Positions 8,955 to 17,957 of a stretch of DNA of 49,567 nt are shown piece after piece (the first letter of the stretch is position 1; each line of letters opens with the position of its first letter). A model generated the notes under the pieces. It was not told the DNA's origin and searched no databases. It worked only from the letters and a program-made list of their open reading frames with translations. The stretch is from a virus. Its lineage: Duplodnaviria > Caudoviricetes. Where the stretch lies: positions 1 through 49,567 of IMG/VR virus record IMGVR_UViG_3300020045_012053; one strand, 5' to 3'. A program made the position numbers and the translations under genes.

Positions 8955-9437
8955 ATGAAAAAGATATTTATAATGCTACTGATTACTTCAGTAGCATTTT
9001 CTCAAAACAATTTCCGTTTAAATAAAACGGAATATTTTTCTACTGCTGTCGTAATTGACCCCGGAGCATCTGTAAAAGAAAACGGCTTAAATATAGGTGC
9101 TGAAATAGAATATAATGGAGCTGTCTATGTAAGAGCGTCCGTAACAACTTTTGCAGCATTAAAAGACGGATACACAGACGTCACAGGCGCTTTTGGAGTT
9201 AATTTTACAAGCGGCTATTTTGAAAAAATTCGATATTACACAGGTATAAGAGGAGGATTTATTCATCGCGCTGCAACGTATCCAACTGCTGGATTTGAAG
9301 CGGGTATCGATGTAATGATTTCGGACTTGGCGTTTATAGGAATTAGAAGCACTTATGACAGAAGAGGTGATGCGGATTTTTACGATGGAGATCAATGGCG
9401 TTACTCAGGATTCGTTAAATTAGGCGTTAAATTTTAA
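8955..9437 (+). CDS. Outer-membrane beta-barrel protein (small, Lom/Ail/OmpX-sized)
   Basis: Signal peptide MKKIFIMLLITSVAFS/Q, alternating amphipathic beta strands, terminal GFVKLGVKF (BAM beta-signal with final Phe). Confidence 0.75.
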   Translation: MKKIFIMLLITSVAFSQNNFRLNKTEYFSTAVVIDPGASVKENGLNIGAEIEYNGAVYVRASVTTFAALKDGYTDVTGAFGVNFTSGYFEKIRYYTGIRGGFIHRAATYPTAGFEAGIDVMISDLAFIGIRSTYDRRGDADFYDGDQWRYSGFVKLGVKF

Positions 9438-9447
9438 ATCAAATAAA

Positions 9448-9789
9448 ATGGAAATATTCTTAAAACAGTTCTTAGGAACTACTGATTTACCGACTTATTT
9501 AGCTTGGTTTGTACTCGCTTTTATTGGTGCTTTTACAGCTATATTGATTCGAGCAAAAGCAAAGTATAAAAAAAGCAGCGACACTCCTTTTCATTGGTCG
9601 TGGACTTTCTTAGCTCAGGACAATTTAATTAATTTAGTGATTGGATTTTTTATCACTTTTATCTTCTTAAGGTTTTCAAACGAAACTTTAAAAGTGGAGC
9701 CGAGTCCGTTTATTGCTTTGATTGTCGGAGCAACGAATAATGAATTAGCTTTGTTATTTGTCAAATTTAGCCTTCGAGCAAGAAAATAA
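9448..9789 (+). CDS. Putative holin
   Basis: 113 aa, 2-3 transmembrane segments, basic C-terminus, upstream of the endolysin. Confidence 0.65.
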   Translation: MEIFLKQFLGTTDLPTYLAWFVLAFIGAFTAILIRAKAKYKKSSDTPFHWSWTFLAQDNLINLVIGFFITFIFLRFSNETLKVEPSPFIALIVGATNNELALLFVKFSLRARK

Positions 9790-9819
9790 AGATACCTACT
9801 AATCATTAAAGAAGCAATT

Positions 9820-10098
9820 ATGCAAGCGCAAGAAATCGAACAAAAACTAAAACTATCTACCTCAAATATTATAGCTTTATGCGCTGTATTGATTACGACA
9901 TTAGGCGGATATATTAATATTAAATCCACCCAAACGGAATACAATCAAAGAATAACTACTTTGGAAAAAGCAAACGAAGATAATAAGGCTGGTTTTTCTA
10001 AATTTGATTTTAAACTGGACAAAATTTCAGAAAGTTTAAATCAATTGAAAGTAGATATGGCAGGTCAAAGAGCTTTGGAAGCCGAAAAAAACAAATAA
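9820..10098 (+). CDS. Single-TM coiled-coil lysis-cassette protein (holin/antiholin-like)
   Basis: TM segment IIALCAVLITTLGGYI followed by a coiled coil; between holin and endolysin. Confidence 0.55.
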   Translation: MQAQEIEQKLKLSTSNIIALCAVLITTLGGYINIKSTQTEYNQRITTLEKANEDNKAGFSKFDFKLDKISESLNQLKVDMAGQRALEAEKNK

Positions 10099-10108
10099 AT
10101 AATATTAA

Positions 10109-10651
10109 ATGAAAAAGATAACCAAATTAGAAATCCAAACTCTTGCCAAGGAGTTTGGAATTCCTACTTCCAGAATTCAAGCAATAAAAGAAGTAGAAAG
10201 CGGAGGAATTGGATTCGATGAAATTACTGGCAAAATAATCATCCAGTTCGAGCCTGTTTGGTTTAAAAATAAAGCTCCTTATGCTCCGTCCGGAAAATGG
10301 TCTGTTAATGGAGTCGAGCGTCAAGCAAAAGAATGGGAAGCGTTTAACGATGCTTTTTCAAAAGATGCGCACGCGGCAATGGAAGCAACTTCAATTGGTA
10401 TGATGCAGGTAATGGGCTTTCACTGGCAGTTATTAGGATTCGATTCCGTTGGAGAAATGTGGGACTATGCAAAAGAATCAGAGTACAATCAATTAAGATT
10501 GTCTTTGTTGTTTATAAAGTCTAACAAAAAAATGTTTAAAGCGTTAATCGCTGCTGACTGGAAAACCGTTGCTTATTATTATAATGGTAAGTTTTACTAT
10601 AAATTAGGATATCACATTAAATTAGCTAAGGCTGAAAAAAAGTACTTATGA
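10109..10651 (+). CDS. Endolysin, N-acetylmuramidase (DUF3380 family)
   Basis: AIKEVESGG.GF, IQFEP, SIGMMQVMGFHW, YYNG..Y motifs. Confidence 0.9.
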   Translation: MKKITKLEIQTLAKEFGIPTSRIQAIKEVESGGIGFDEITGKIIIQFEPVWFKNKAPYAPSGKWSVNGVERQAKEWEAFNDAFSKDAHAAMEATSIGMMQVMGFHWQLLGFDSVGEMWDYAKESEYNQLRLSLLFIKSNKKMFKALIAADWKTVAYYYNGKFYYKLGYHIKLAKAEKKYL

Positions 10652-11208
10652 AAAATATCAAAACACTCGTTCTTCTTGTGCTGCTCCTTTCTGTTGGTTG
10701 CAGGTCCAAAAAAATAGACATTCAAGAAAAGGATTCTAAAACTGTTATTGAAAACAATGTAACAGAAAAAGAAGTACAAACGGAGCAAACAGAGCAAAAG
10801 AAAGACGTTCAAAGCGAAATCATAAAAGAATCCAGCGAAGTCAATAAAGACTATATTTTGCATCCAAAAGACCCGCAAAAGCCTATTGAAATTATAGATC
10901 ACGAAGGCAAAAAAACTTCTATACTTAATGCAGACGTTGAAATAAAGCATAGCGAAAAAAAGGACAAGTCCACTGAAAAAAACATAGACAATTCTGTTCA
11001 AAAAACAACGAAAAAAAGCGAGGTAAAAAAGAAGGATACAACCAAAAAAGAAGACATTAAAAGCGAAGCATCCACGAAAAAAGATATTAAATCTAATTGG
11101 TTTTTGATTTTGCTGCCTTACATAATTTCACTCGTTGTGATAGTGATTTTATTGCTCGTTTGGATATTCAGAAAAAAAATTCCATATATAAGAAATTTTT
11201 TTAGTTGA
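10648..11208 (+). CDS. Putative unimolecular spanin (lipoprotein with C-terminal TM)
   Basis: N-terminal lipobox LLSVG/C and C-terminal hydrophobic helix followed by RKK; directly after the endolysin. Confidence 0.7.
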   Translation: MKNIKTLVLLVLLLSVGCRSKKIDIQEKDSKTVIENNVTEKEVQTEQTEQKKDVQSEIIKESSEVNKDYILHPKDPQKPIEIIDHEGKKTSILNADVEIKHSEKKDKSTEKNIDNSVQKTTKKSEVKKKDTTKKEDIKSEASTKKDIKSNWFLILLPYIISLVVIVILLLVWIFRKKIPYIRNFFS

Positions 11209-11242
11209 AAATTTTTTATATAGTTTTTTTGTTTATATTTGT
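11205..11242 (+). promoter_or_regulatory. Putative late promoter (protease-capsid operon)
   Basis: 24 bp TATAGTTTTTTTGTTTATATTTGT at 11219-11242 is identical to 17473-17496 and contains the -7 element TATATTTG. Confidence 0.7.
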
Positions 11243-11265
11243 CTCAATCTAAAAAGATAAAATTA

Positions 11266-12537
11266 ATGTCATTCAATTATCAATTAGCGAAAGAAATCTA
11301 CGGCTTAACTCCGTGGCTTGTTGACGAGCAAAGTTTACCATCTTTGATGAGTATTCTTTCCAGCGTTCGCAAAGGAAACGCTCTTGAAATTCCGGAAATT
11401 AAATATAACACTCCTTATATTTTTGATGTAAAAAGTGCTACCGAAATAATCACAGCCGAAAACTTTGCTTATAGAGATATGCCGCAAGGTGATTTCGAAG
11501 GAGTTGGAGTAATTAACATAGACGGTCCAATCACAAAATCTGGAGGAATGTCCAGTCTTGGAATGATGCAACTTTCTCACATTATGTTAAGAATGGCTCA
11601 GGACGAACGCATAAAATGCTTTATGATTGCAGGAGACAGTAGTGGAGGTAGTTCAGCGGCTGTTGAATTAATGACTGATGCTATTTGCGAAGTTAAAAAG
11701 ACAAAACCTGTTTATGGTTTAGTTACAAAAGGAGGAATGTCCGCTTCAGCAATGTACGGAATTCATTCTGCTTGTAATAAAATCTTCGCAGAAAGCGAAA
11801 TGAGTATTGTCGGTTCTGCTGGAACTATGATTCAATTCGAAGGAAAAGCAGCTAATACAACTGACAAAGACGGAACGAAAAATATCCGTTTATATGCTAC
11901 TAAATCAGTTAACAAAAACAAAGGTTTTGAAGAAGCCTTAAATAACGATAATTATACTGTTTTAGTTAGTGAATTATTGGATCCAATCAATGAGAATTTT
12001 CTTTCTATGATTGTTAAAAATCGCCCTATGTTGAAAGGAACAACTTTTGACACTGGCGAAACTGTTTTTGCAAAAGAAGCAATCGGAACTTATATCGACG
12101 GTATAGCATCTTTTCAACAGACAGTTAAATTACTTATGACTGATTATAAATCAAATTATAGTTCAACGACAAAAAATAAAAATAATTCTAATTTAACAAC
12201 AAATTCTATGACACTTGAAGAATTGAAACAGCAGCACCCTGCGACATATAACAGCATCTTTGAGGCTGGAGTAAGTTCAGAGCGTGATCGATCTGGAGCT
12301 TTTTTAGCACATATCGAAACCGACCCACAAGCGGTAAAAAAAGGTATTTTAGCTGGTAATCCTCTTACCGCTACAGAACGCGAAGAACTTTTGGTAAAAG
12401 CAAGTTCTCAAAGAAACATCGCTACTCTTGAAAAAGAAAGTGCTCCAGCGATTACAACTGCTGAATCTACAACCGCGGACAAAGCTCAGGAAACAGAAGA
12501 GAAATCATTCTACGCTGAAGTAGCTAAATCATTATAA
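11266..12537 (+). CDS. Prohead protease, S49 family (lambda gpC-like), with C-terminal scaffold region
   Basis: INIDGPI, DSSGG, SASAMY, VGSAG motifs; probable start at ATG 11266; possible nested scaffold start at ATG 12208. Confidence 0.88.
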   Translation: MSFNYQLAKEIYGLTPWLVDEQSLPSLMSILSSVRKGNALEIPEIKYNTPYIFDVKSATEIITAENFAYRDMPQGDFEGVGVINIDGPITKSGGMSSLGMMQLSHIMLRMAQDERIKCFMIAGDSSGGSSAAVELMTDAICEVKKTKPVYGLVTKGGMSASAMYGIHSACNKIFAESEMSIVGSAGTMIQFEGKAANTTDKDGTKNIRLYATKSVNKNKGFEEALNNDNYTVLVSELLDPINENFLSMIVKNRPMLKGTTFDTGETVFAKEAIGTYIDGIASFQQTVKLLMTDYKSNYSSTTKNKNNSNLTTNSMTLEELKQQHPATYNSIFEAGVSSERDRSGAFLAHIETDPQAVKKGILAGNPLTATEREELLVKASSQRNIATLEKESAPAITTAESTTADKAQETEEKSFYAEVAKSL

Positions 12538-12540
12538 AAA

Positions 12541-12978
12541 ATGGAAAGCGTAAACCAAAGAAATGTAACCCGCAATCAATCGACTGCTGATTACCAAGTA
12601 AAAAGAATCTTTATTTTTGACAACCGCTTCAAAGAAGGAGTTTACAAAAATACAGACGTAGCTGAAGCAACTTTAGCGCCTTACAGTTTAGCTGCAAGAA
12701 GTGCAACAATTGTTGACGGATTAATTCCAGTAACCGCAGCTAATTTGGCTGATGTAATTGGAATTACTGCTAACGAACAAGATATTGTTCTTGCCGCAGC
12801 AGGTACCACAAATATCAATATTTGTACAAAAGGAACTATCGAAGCAATTCACTTGGCTTTGCCAGCGACAGTGACTTTGAATACGGTTGTAGGAGCTAAA
12901 ACCTTGAAAGACGTTCTTGAAGGGCTTGGATTCCACATCGAAGAAAATGCAGTAGAAAACACTAAATTCGACAATTAA
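12541..12978 (+). CDS. Head decoration protein (lambda gpD-like)
   Basis: Size and position between protease and major capsid protein; beta-rich, Ala-rich. Confidence 0.7.
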   Translation: MESVNQRNVTRNQSTADYQVKRIFIFDNRFKEGVYKNTDVAEATLAPYSLAARSATIVDGLIPVTAANLADVIGITANEQDIVLAAAGTTNINICTKGTIEAIHLALPATVTLNTVVGAKTLKDVLEGLGFHIEENAVENTKFDN

Positions 12979-12980
12979 AG

Positions 12981-14048
12981 ATGATTACTTTAAACCAGCA
13001 CCGTAAAGGTATCACGCAAACTTTGATCGCTAAATTTAGCGATGACAAAGAACCAAAACAAGGTTTATCCTCGTTTTTTCCAACCAAAACGACTGCAAGT
13101 AAATTGATCTCAATTGAGGTTGAAAGAAACTTGCAAACCGTTGCTGTTGATGTACAGCGTTGCACAGACCCTGTAAGAAATATTTTCAGTAAATCTACTG
13201 AGAAAATCTTCGAACCGCCTTATTATAATGAGTCTTTCGATTTCACTGCTTGTGATCGTTATGATGTTACATTCGCACAAAACAATGGTCCAACCAAAGT
13301 CGATGCTACAATGTTAATTCGTGACGCTTCTTCAAAAGTGAAAAAATTGAAAAACAAAATCATAAGAGCGATTGAAATCCAACGTTCTCAAGTCCTTCAG
13401 ACTGGAATTGTTGTGTTGAAAAATGGTGACTCAATTGACTACAAACGTAAAGCCGGCTCAATGCCTGTCTTGGCGGGTGCTGCTAAATGGGACGCTCCAA
13501 CAACTTCGACTCCGTTAACAGACTTTAAAACTGGAATGGACTTTCTTCGTGAAGAAGGATTATCCGGAGGTACCACTGTTAATGCTGTATTTGGAAGCTC
13601 TGCTTTTCAAAACTTTATGGCAAGTACTCAGGTAAAAGAGCAAGCGGAATGGAGAAAAATCAACAGAATTGAAATCAATATGCCTCAATTCGACAATGTT
13701 TCCGGAATGGTATATCAAGGACAGTTCGCTGCCGGAGATTACATCGTAAACATTTGGACGTATAACGAATTTTATGTTCACCCGGTAACGAGCGTGAAAA
13801 CAAAATTCATTGACGCAAACAATGTGGTTTTAATTGCTGATGACTTCGAAGGAGTTACTTCTTTCGCTGGTGTTCCTGCAATTCTTGGAGATGCTGTTAA
13901 TGGACAGTACGTTGCTCCGATCGAAGGTGAATTTTACGTTAGAGACGTAATCGATCAAATCAAAATGGCTTGGGATTTTATCATCTCCTCTGCTCCTCTT
14001 GTAGTTCCTGTTTCAATCGACAGAATCTATACAATCAAAACCGCTTAA
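12981..14048 (+). CDS. Major capsid protein (lambda gpE family)
   Basis: 355 aa; F.PPYY, RAIE..R.QVL.TG, WD.....PL.D and SAPL.VP motifs. Confidence 0.92.
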   Translation: MITLNQHRKGITQTLIAKFSDDKEPKQGLSSFFPTKTTASKLISIEVERNLQTVAVDVQRCTDPVRNIFSKSTEKIFEPPYYNESFDFTACDRYDVTFAQNNGPTKVDATMLIRDASSKVKKLKNKIIRAIEIQRSQVLQTGIVVLKNGDSIDYKRKAGSMPVLAGAAKWDAPTTSTPLTDFKTGMDFLREEGLSGGTTVNAVFGSSAFQNFMASTQVKEQAEWRKINRIEINMPQFDNVSGMVYQGQFAAGDYIVNIWTYNEFYVHPVTSVKTKFIDANNVVLIADDFEGVTSFAGVPAILGDAVNGQYVAPIEGEFYVRDVIDQIKMAWDFIISSAPLVVPVSIDRIYTIKTA

Positions 14049-14065
14049 TCTTAAAAAGAAGAAAA

Positions 14066-14437
14066 ATGGCAAGATATAAAGTAGCTGTAATAGCAGTCTT
14101 ATTGAAAAATAATAAGACTGCTCCAGCAGGAGAACTGGTTGAAGAAAATCAGTTCGCAACGAAAGTTGAAGACCTTGTAAAAGGTGGTTATGTAGTTAAA
14201 CCTACAGCCGACGAAATTAAAGAGTGGAAAAAACTTCACGAAGAAAAAGCGGATCCAAAAGCAGAAGCAGCCGCGGCCGCAGAAGCCGCAGCCAAAGCCG
14301 CAGAAGCAGCCAAAGCAGACGCTGATGCAAAAGCGGCCAAAGATGCAAAAGCAGACGCTGATGCAAAAGCGGCCAAAGATGCAAAAGCAGACGCTGATGC
14401 AGCAGAAGCAGCCAAAGCACTTGAAGTTAAGAAATAA
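14066..14437 (+). CDS. Ala/Lys/Asp-rich protein in the lambda gpFI position
   Basis: Start MARYKVAV at 14066; low-complexity tail; immediately after the MCP gene. Confidence 0.65.
   Translation: MARYKVAVIAVLLKNNKTAPAGELVEENQFATKVEDLVKGGYVVKPTADEIKEWKKLHEEKADPKAEAAAAAEAAAKAAEAAKADADAKAAKDAKADADAKAAKDAKADADAAEAAKALEVKK
14312..14401 (+). repeat. 36-bp tandem repeat x2.5 (KADADAKAAKDA)
   Basis: AAAGCAGACGCTGATGCAAAAGCGGCCAAAGATGCA at 14312 and 14348, partial copy at 14384. Confidence 0.9.
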
Positions 14438-14823
14438 TGTCCGGAAAGCTATTACAAGCAGCGAGGCTTGATGCTTTGAAGTTCATTAGCAAAGGAGGGT
14501 TTGAAGAAGATATAGTTCTGACTCATCCCTCCGGAGCACCTTTTCTTGATATTACAGGAATTCATTCTAAACATTGGATTAATTTCGATACCAATGGAAG
14601 TCAAGTAAATTCGAAAAATGCACACGTTTTAATCAGTGAAAAAGTTTTAATTGATTTGGAGTATCCGGTAAGAAATTCTAAAACTGGAAACATTGATTTA
14701 AAAAATCACAGAATTACAGTAAAAGACTCAACACTTATTGAAAAAGAATATATCATTAACGAGTGTTGGCCAAGCGAAACATTTGGACTTATTGTTTGTA
14801 TTTTAGGTGACTATAAATTATAA
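14437..14823 (+). CDS. Head-tail joining protein (gpFII-like)
   Basis: 128-aa beta-rich protein in the head-closure position. Confidence 0.6.
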   Translation: MSGKLLQAARLDALKFISKGGFEEDIVLTHPSGAPFLDITGIHSKHWINFDTNGSQVNSKNAHVLISEKVLIDLEYPVRNSKTGNIDLKNHRITVKDSTLIEKEYIINECWPSETFGLIVCILGDYKL

Positions 14824-14826
14824 AAT

Positions 14827-15429
14827 ATGGCTGCAATTATAACTCACATTATTCCTGATCAAAACTTTGAACTTGTTAGAGATTTAATCGGTGCAATCAT
14901 AAAAGAAGAACTTGAAAATCAAAAAGTATTAAAAGATCTGGACGAGGATATCAATGTTTATCAAGAACGAACAACTCCTTTTTCAAATGCGGAAGAATTA
15001 GCAATCAATGTTCTTTTAAGTTCTGCAAATTACAGCGGAATGACTCAAAAAGATTCTCAAGGACGTACGATGTTTTTTATAGACATTTACACAAACGGAA
15101 AAGCGAGTCCGGAATTAACAGGAGATTTGGATTCTTCAATACGACTTCATAAGTACATTGGTTTAATTCGTTACATTTTGCAATATTCAGAGTATAAAAC
15201 TTTGTCTTTACCTCCGGGAATAATAGCAGGCGGCAGCGTGGATGATTTTGCTATTTTAGATCCTACTTTACAGCAGGATTCGAGTTTTACAAGAATGGGA
15301 AGAATTTCAGTTTCTTACAGAATTCAAGAAGAACAACAATTAGTTCAAGGAGTAGCTTTTGAAGAAATCAGAACTCAGGTTAAATTAGCCGAAACAGATT
15401 TAGGGTACCAATACCAATTAATCAATTAA
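14827..15429 (+). CDS. Tail terminator/neck protein
   Basis: Directly precedes the sheath gene; alpha/beta pattern of tail terminators. Confidence 0.6.
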   Translation: MAAIITHIIPDQNFELVRDLIGAIIKEELENQKVLKDLDEDINVYQERTTPFSNAEELAINVLLSSANYSGMTQKDSQGRTMFFIDIYTNGKASPELTGDLDSSIRLHKYIGLIRYILQYSEYKTLSLPPGIIAGGSVDDFAILDPTLQQDSSFTRMGRISVSYRIQEEQQLVQGVAFEEIRTQVKLAETDLGYQYQLIN

Positions 15430-15441
15430 AAAAAATAAAAA

Positions 15442-16962
15442 ATGCAGACAATTTCTACAGCCATTGGATTAGAAAGAATCAGTAGAACTTCCGGATACGA
15501 AATCAAGAAAGGTTTTTTTGACAACGACACGCCGAATCTTCCTCAGATTGTTGCTATATTAGCTCAGGCTAATACAGCAAATCAAGGCGCAATTAGCACC
15601 GACAAAAAAGAAATTACGACAGCGGAAGAGGCTGGTCAGTTGTATGGATATGGAAGTCCTATTCATCAAATTATGCGAATTCTTCGTCCTACTGGTTCCG
15701 ATGGAATTGGAGGAATACCTACAATTGTTTTTCCACAGATGGAAGCAGTTGGAGCGACAGCAACAACCATTGAGTTTTCAGTTGTTGGAGTAGCAACAAA
15801 GAACTCAACACATTATTTAAGAATTGCAGGACGCGAAAACCTCGATTTCAAAGCATATTCTTTTTCTATTGTAAAAGACGACACAGCTACAATGATCGCG
15901 CAAAAAATAACGGATTCCGTTAATGGTGTGTTATCTTGCCCTGTAATTGCTTCGCACGTTGCAGGAGTTATCACTTTTACAACAAAATGGAAAGGTTTAA
16001 CTTCTGCAAGTTTGAAAATCGAATTCAACACGAATAACGAGGCTTCTGGAGTTACATACGCACAAACAGCCACCACTCTTGGAGCTGGTTCTGCTGATAT
16101 TTCTGACGCTATTTTGCAACTCGGAAATGATTGGTACACGTCTGTAATCAACTCTTATGGCGCTGCAACTTTTGAAATCTTGGAACAAGTAAACGGAAAA
16201 CCGTCTGCAACAAGTTCAACAGGTCGTTATGAAGGCTCAATCTTTAAACCGTTTATGTCTTTCTTTGGAAGTGTTTTGGACGACAAAGATGATTTGGCTT
16301 TGATTACAAATAATGTTTCAAGAGTTGAAGAAGTTACTCACGTGCTTTGTCCTGCTCCTAAATCTTCTGCATTCCCTTGGGAAGCTGCTGCTAATGTGGT
16401 ACGCTTGTTTGCAAGAACAATGCAAGACGCTCCGGAAATTGACGTTAACGGACAATCTTATCCGGATATGCCTACTCCAGTAAGCGGAATTATCGGAGAT
16501 ATGTCTGTTTACAATAACAGAGATTTCTTGGTAAAAAAAGGGTGCTCGACTGTTATTTTGGATAAAGGAGTTTACAAAATTCAAGAAATTGTAACAACTT
16601 ATCATCCAGAAGGAGAAAGTCCTTTACAATATTCTTATTGTAGAAACTTGAATTTGGACTGGAACGTGAAAGATTCTTACTCAGTTTTGGAAACTTTGAA
16701 ACTAAAAGACAAAGTATTAATCCGTGACGAACAAGCCACTGATTCATTAAATGCAATCAAGCCAAAAGAATGGAAAGCACTTCTTTATGATTTGATTGAT
16801 GATTTAGCAAAAGCCGCTTTAATCAACGACCCGGATTTTTCAAAGAAAAGTTTAAGAGTTCAAGTTTCTGGAGCTAATCCAAACAGATTTGAAACTTTCT
16901 TCCGTTACAAAAGAACAGGAATCGCAAGAATCGAGTCAACAACTGTTGAGGCTGGTTTTTAA
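15442..16962 (+). CDS. Contractile tail sheath protein (Mu gpL-like)
   Basis: 506 aa; AGQLYGYGSPIH, T.KWKG, LVKKGCST, VTTYHP motifs. Confidence 0.9.
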   Translation: MQTISTAIGLERISRTSGYEIKKGFFDNDTPNLPQIVAILAQANTANQGAISTDKKEITTAEEAGQLYGYGSPIHQIMRILRPTGSDGIGGIPTIVFPQMEAVGATATTIEFSVVGVATKNSTHYLRIAGRENLDFKAYSFSIVKDDTATMIAQKITDSVNGVLSCPVIASHVAGVITFTTKWKGLTSASLKIEFNTNNEASGVTYAQTATTLGAGSADISDAILQLGNDWYTSVINSYGAATFEILEQVNGKPSATSSTGRYEGSIFKPFMSFFGSVLDDKDDLALITNNVSRVEEVTHVLCPAPKSSAFPWEAAANVVRLFARTMQDAPEIDVNGQSYPDMPTPVSGIIGDMSVYNNRDFLVKKGCSTVILDKGVYKIQEIVTTYHPEGESPLQYSYCRNLNLDWNVKDSYSVLETLKLKDKVLIRDEQATDSLNAIKPKEWKALLYDLIDDLAKAALINDPDFSKKSLRVQVSGANPNRFETFFRYKRTGIARIESTTVEAGF

Positions 16963-16987
16963 TTTTTAACCCTATAAAACAAATAAA

Positions 16988-17401
16988 ATGGCAAAGTATA
17001 TTGGAGGTGATATTATAGAAGCAGTTTGCAACCACCCGACTTTAGGCGATTTTCGTTTTGCTGCAAAAGCGAACGAGTCTTTTACTTTGGACCCGGGAGG
17101 AATAAGAACGAATGATGATGCTAATTCGGTAACTGGAAACGGTGAAATGATACAGCAAAAGAATCGTGTTCTTTGGTCTTTGGAAGGTCCAATCGCAGTT
17201 GATATGATTTCCGGAAACGAACTGGAAAATTTACCAAAATTAGCAGAAAGTTCCGATCTTTCAACTTGGACTTTAACTCACATTTCGGGAGTTATTTACA
17301 AAGGAAAAGGAATTCCTGTTGGTGATTTACAAATCGACTCGAACACAGCTCAAATGACTTTAAAAGTCGCTGGAGGAGGAAAACTGGAAAAAATCAGTTA
17401 A
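16988..17401 (+). CDS. Tail tube protein
   Basis: 137 aa after the sheath; Mu gpM-like beta pattern. Confidence 0.8.
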   Translation: MAKYIGGDIIEAVCNHPTLGDFRFAAKANESFTLDPGGIRTNDDANSVTGNGEMIQQKNRVLWSLEGPIAVDMISGNELENLPKLAESSDLSTWTLTHISGVIYKGKGIPVGDLQIDSNTAQMTLKVAGGGKLEKIS

Positions 17402-17427
17402 TAAAAAAGATATAAAATATCAGATAC

Positions 17428-17457
17428 AAAAAACCTATTGAAAAATAGGTTTTTTTT
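17428..17457 (+). terminator. Intrinsic terminator
   Basis: AAAAAA-CCTATT-GAAA-AATAGG-TTTTTTTT. Confidence 0.85.
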
Positions 17458-17496
17458 ATGAATAATTTTTTGTATAGTTTTTTTGTTTATATTTGT
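17458..17496 (+). promoter_or_regulatory. Putative late promoter (chaperone-TMP-baseplate operon)
   Basis: Same 24-mer as 11219-11242, located right after the terminator. Confidence 0.7.
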
Positions 17497-17528
17497 TGTC
17501 TTAATAATATTAACGAAAAACGAAAAAA

Positions 17529-17957
17529 ATGAGTACAAATGAAAAAGAATATGTAGTTTCTGAGGAAATTGCTATTAAAGAAATGCAAGACTTTGTCGAA
17601 AAATGGGACGACAAAAAGAAAAAAGATTGGGAAATACAAGATTTGTATCCTCAAGTCTTAATCGCTATTCAAGAAGGACTTTTGGTAATTGGAGCAGACA
17701 AAAAACCTGTTTTTAATTTGAAGTACCCAATTAAAACAGATGAAGGAAATGTCGCTCTTGACGTTGTTACTTTTAGAACAAGAATTCGTCCGCAACAACT
17801 TTCCGACATTATGAAAGGACTTGACATTTCAAAAAACCAAATCGAATATACGTTAAGATGTTTTGCTTTTTTAACTGGACAATCGATTTCAATGTTAAAT
17901 AAATTAGAGAAATTTGATTACAAAGTAATCGACCAAATTTCAACAGTTTTTTTGTAA
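17529..17957 (+). CDS. Tail assembly chaperone (G/gpE-like)
   Basis: Between tube and TMP genes; ends GTT TTT TTG TAA. Confidence 0.8.
   Translation: MSTNEKEYVVSEEIAIKEMQDFVEKWDDKKKKDWEIQDLYPQVLIAIQEGLLVIGADKKPVFNLKYPIKTDEGNVALDVVTFRTRIRPQQLSDIMKGLDISKNQIEYTLRCFAFLTGQSISMLNKLEKFDYKVIDQISTVFL

Noticed and set aside
13970-14065. Extended N-terminus of the 13970..14437 ORF (similarly the 6644, 11239, 20540, 27634, 45810 and 44890 starts)
   Set aside because: These overlap upstream genes or promoter elements; downstream ATGs with A-rich leaders are more plausible.
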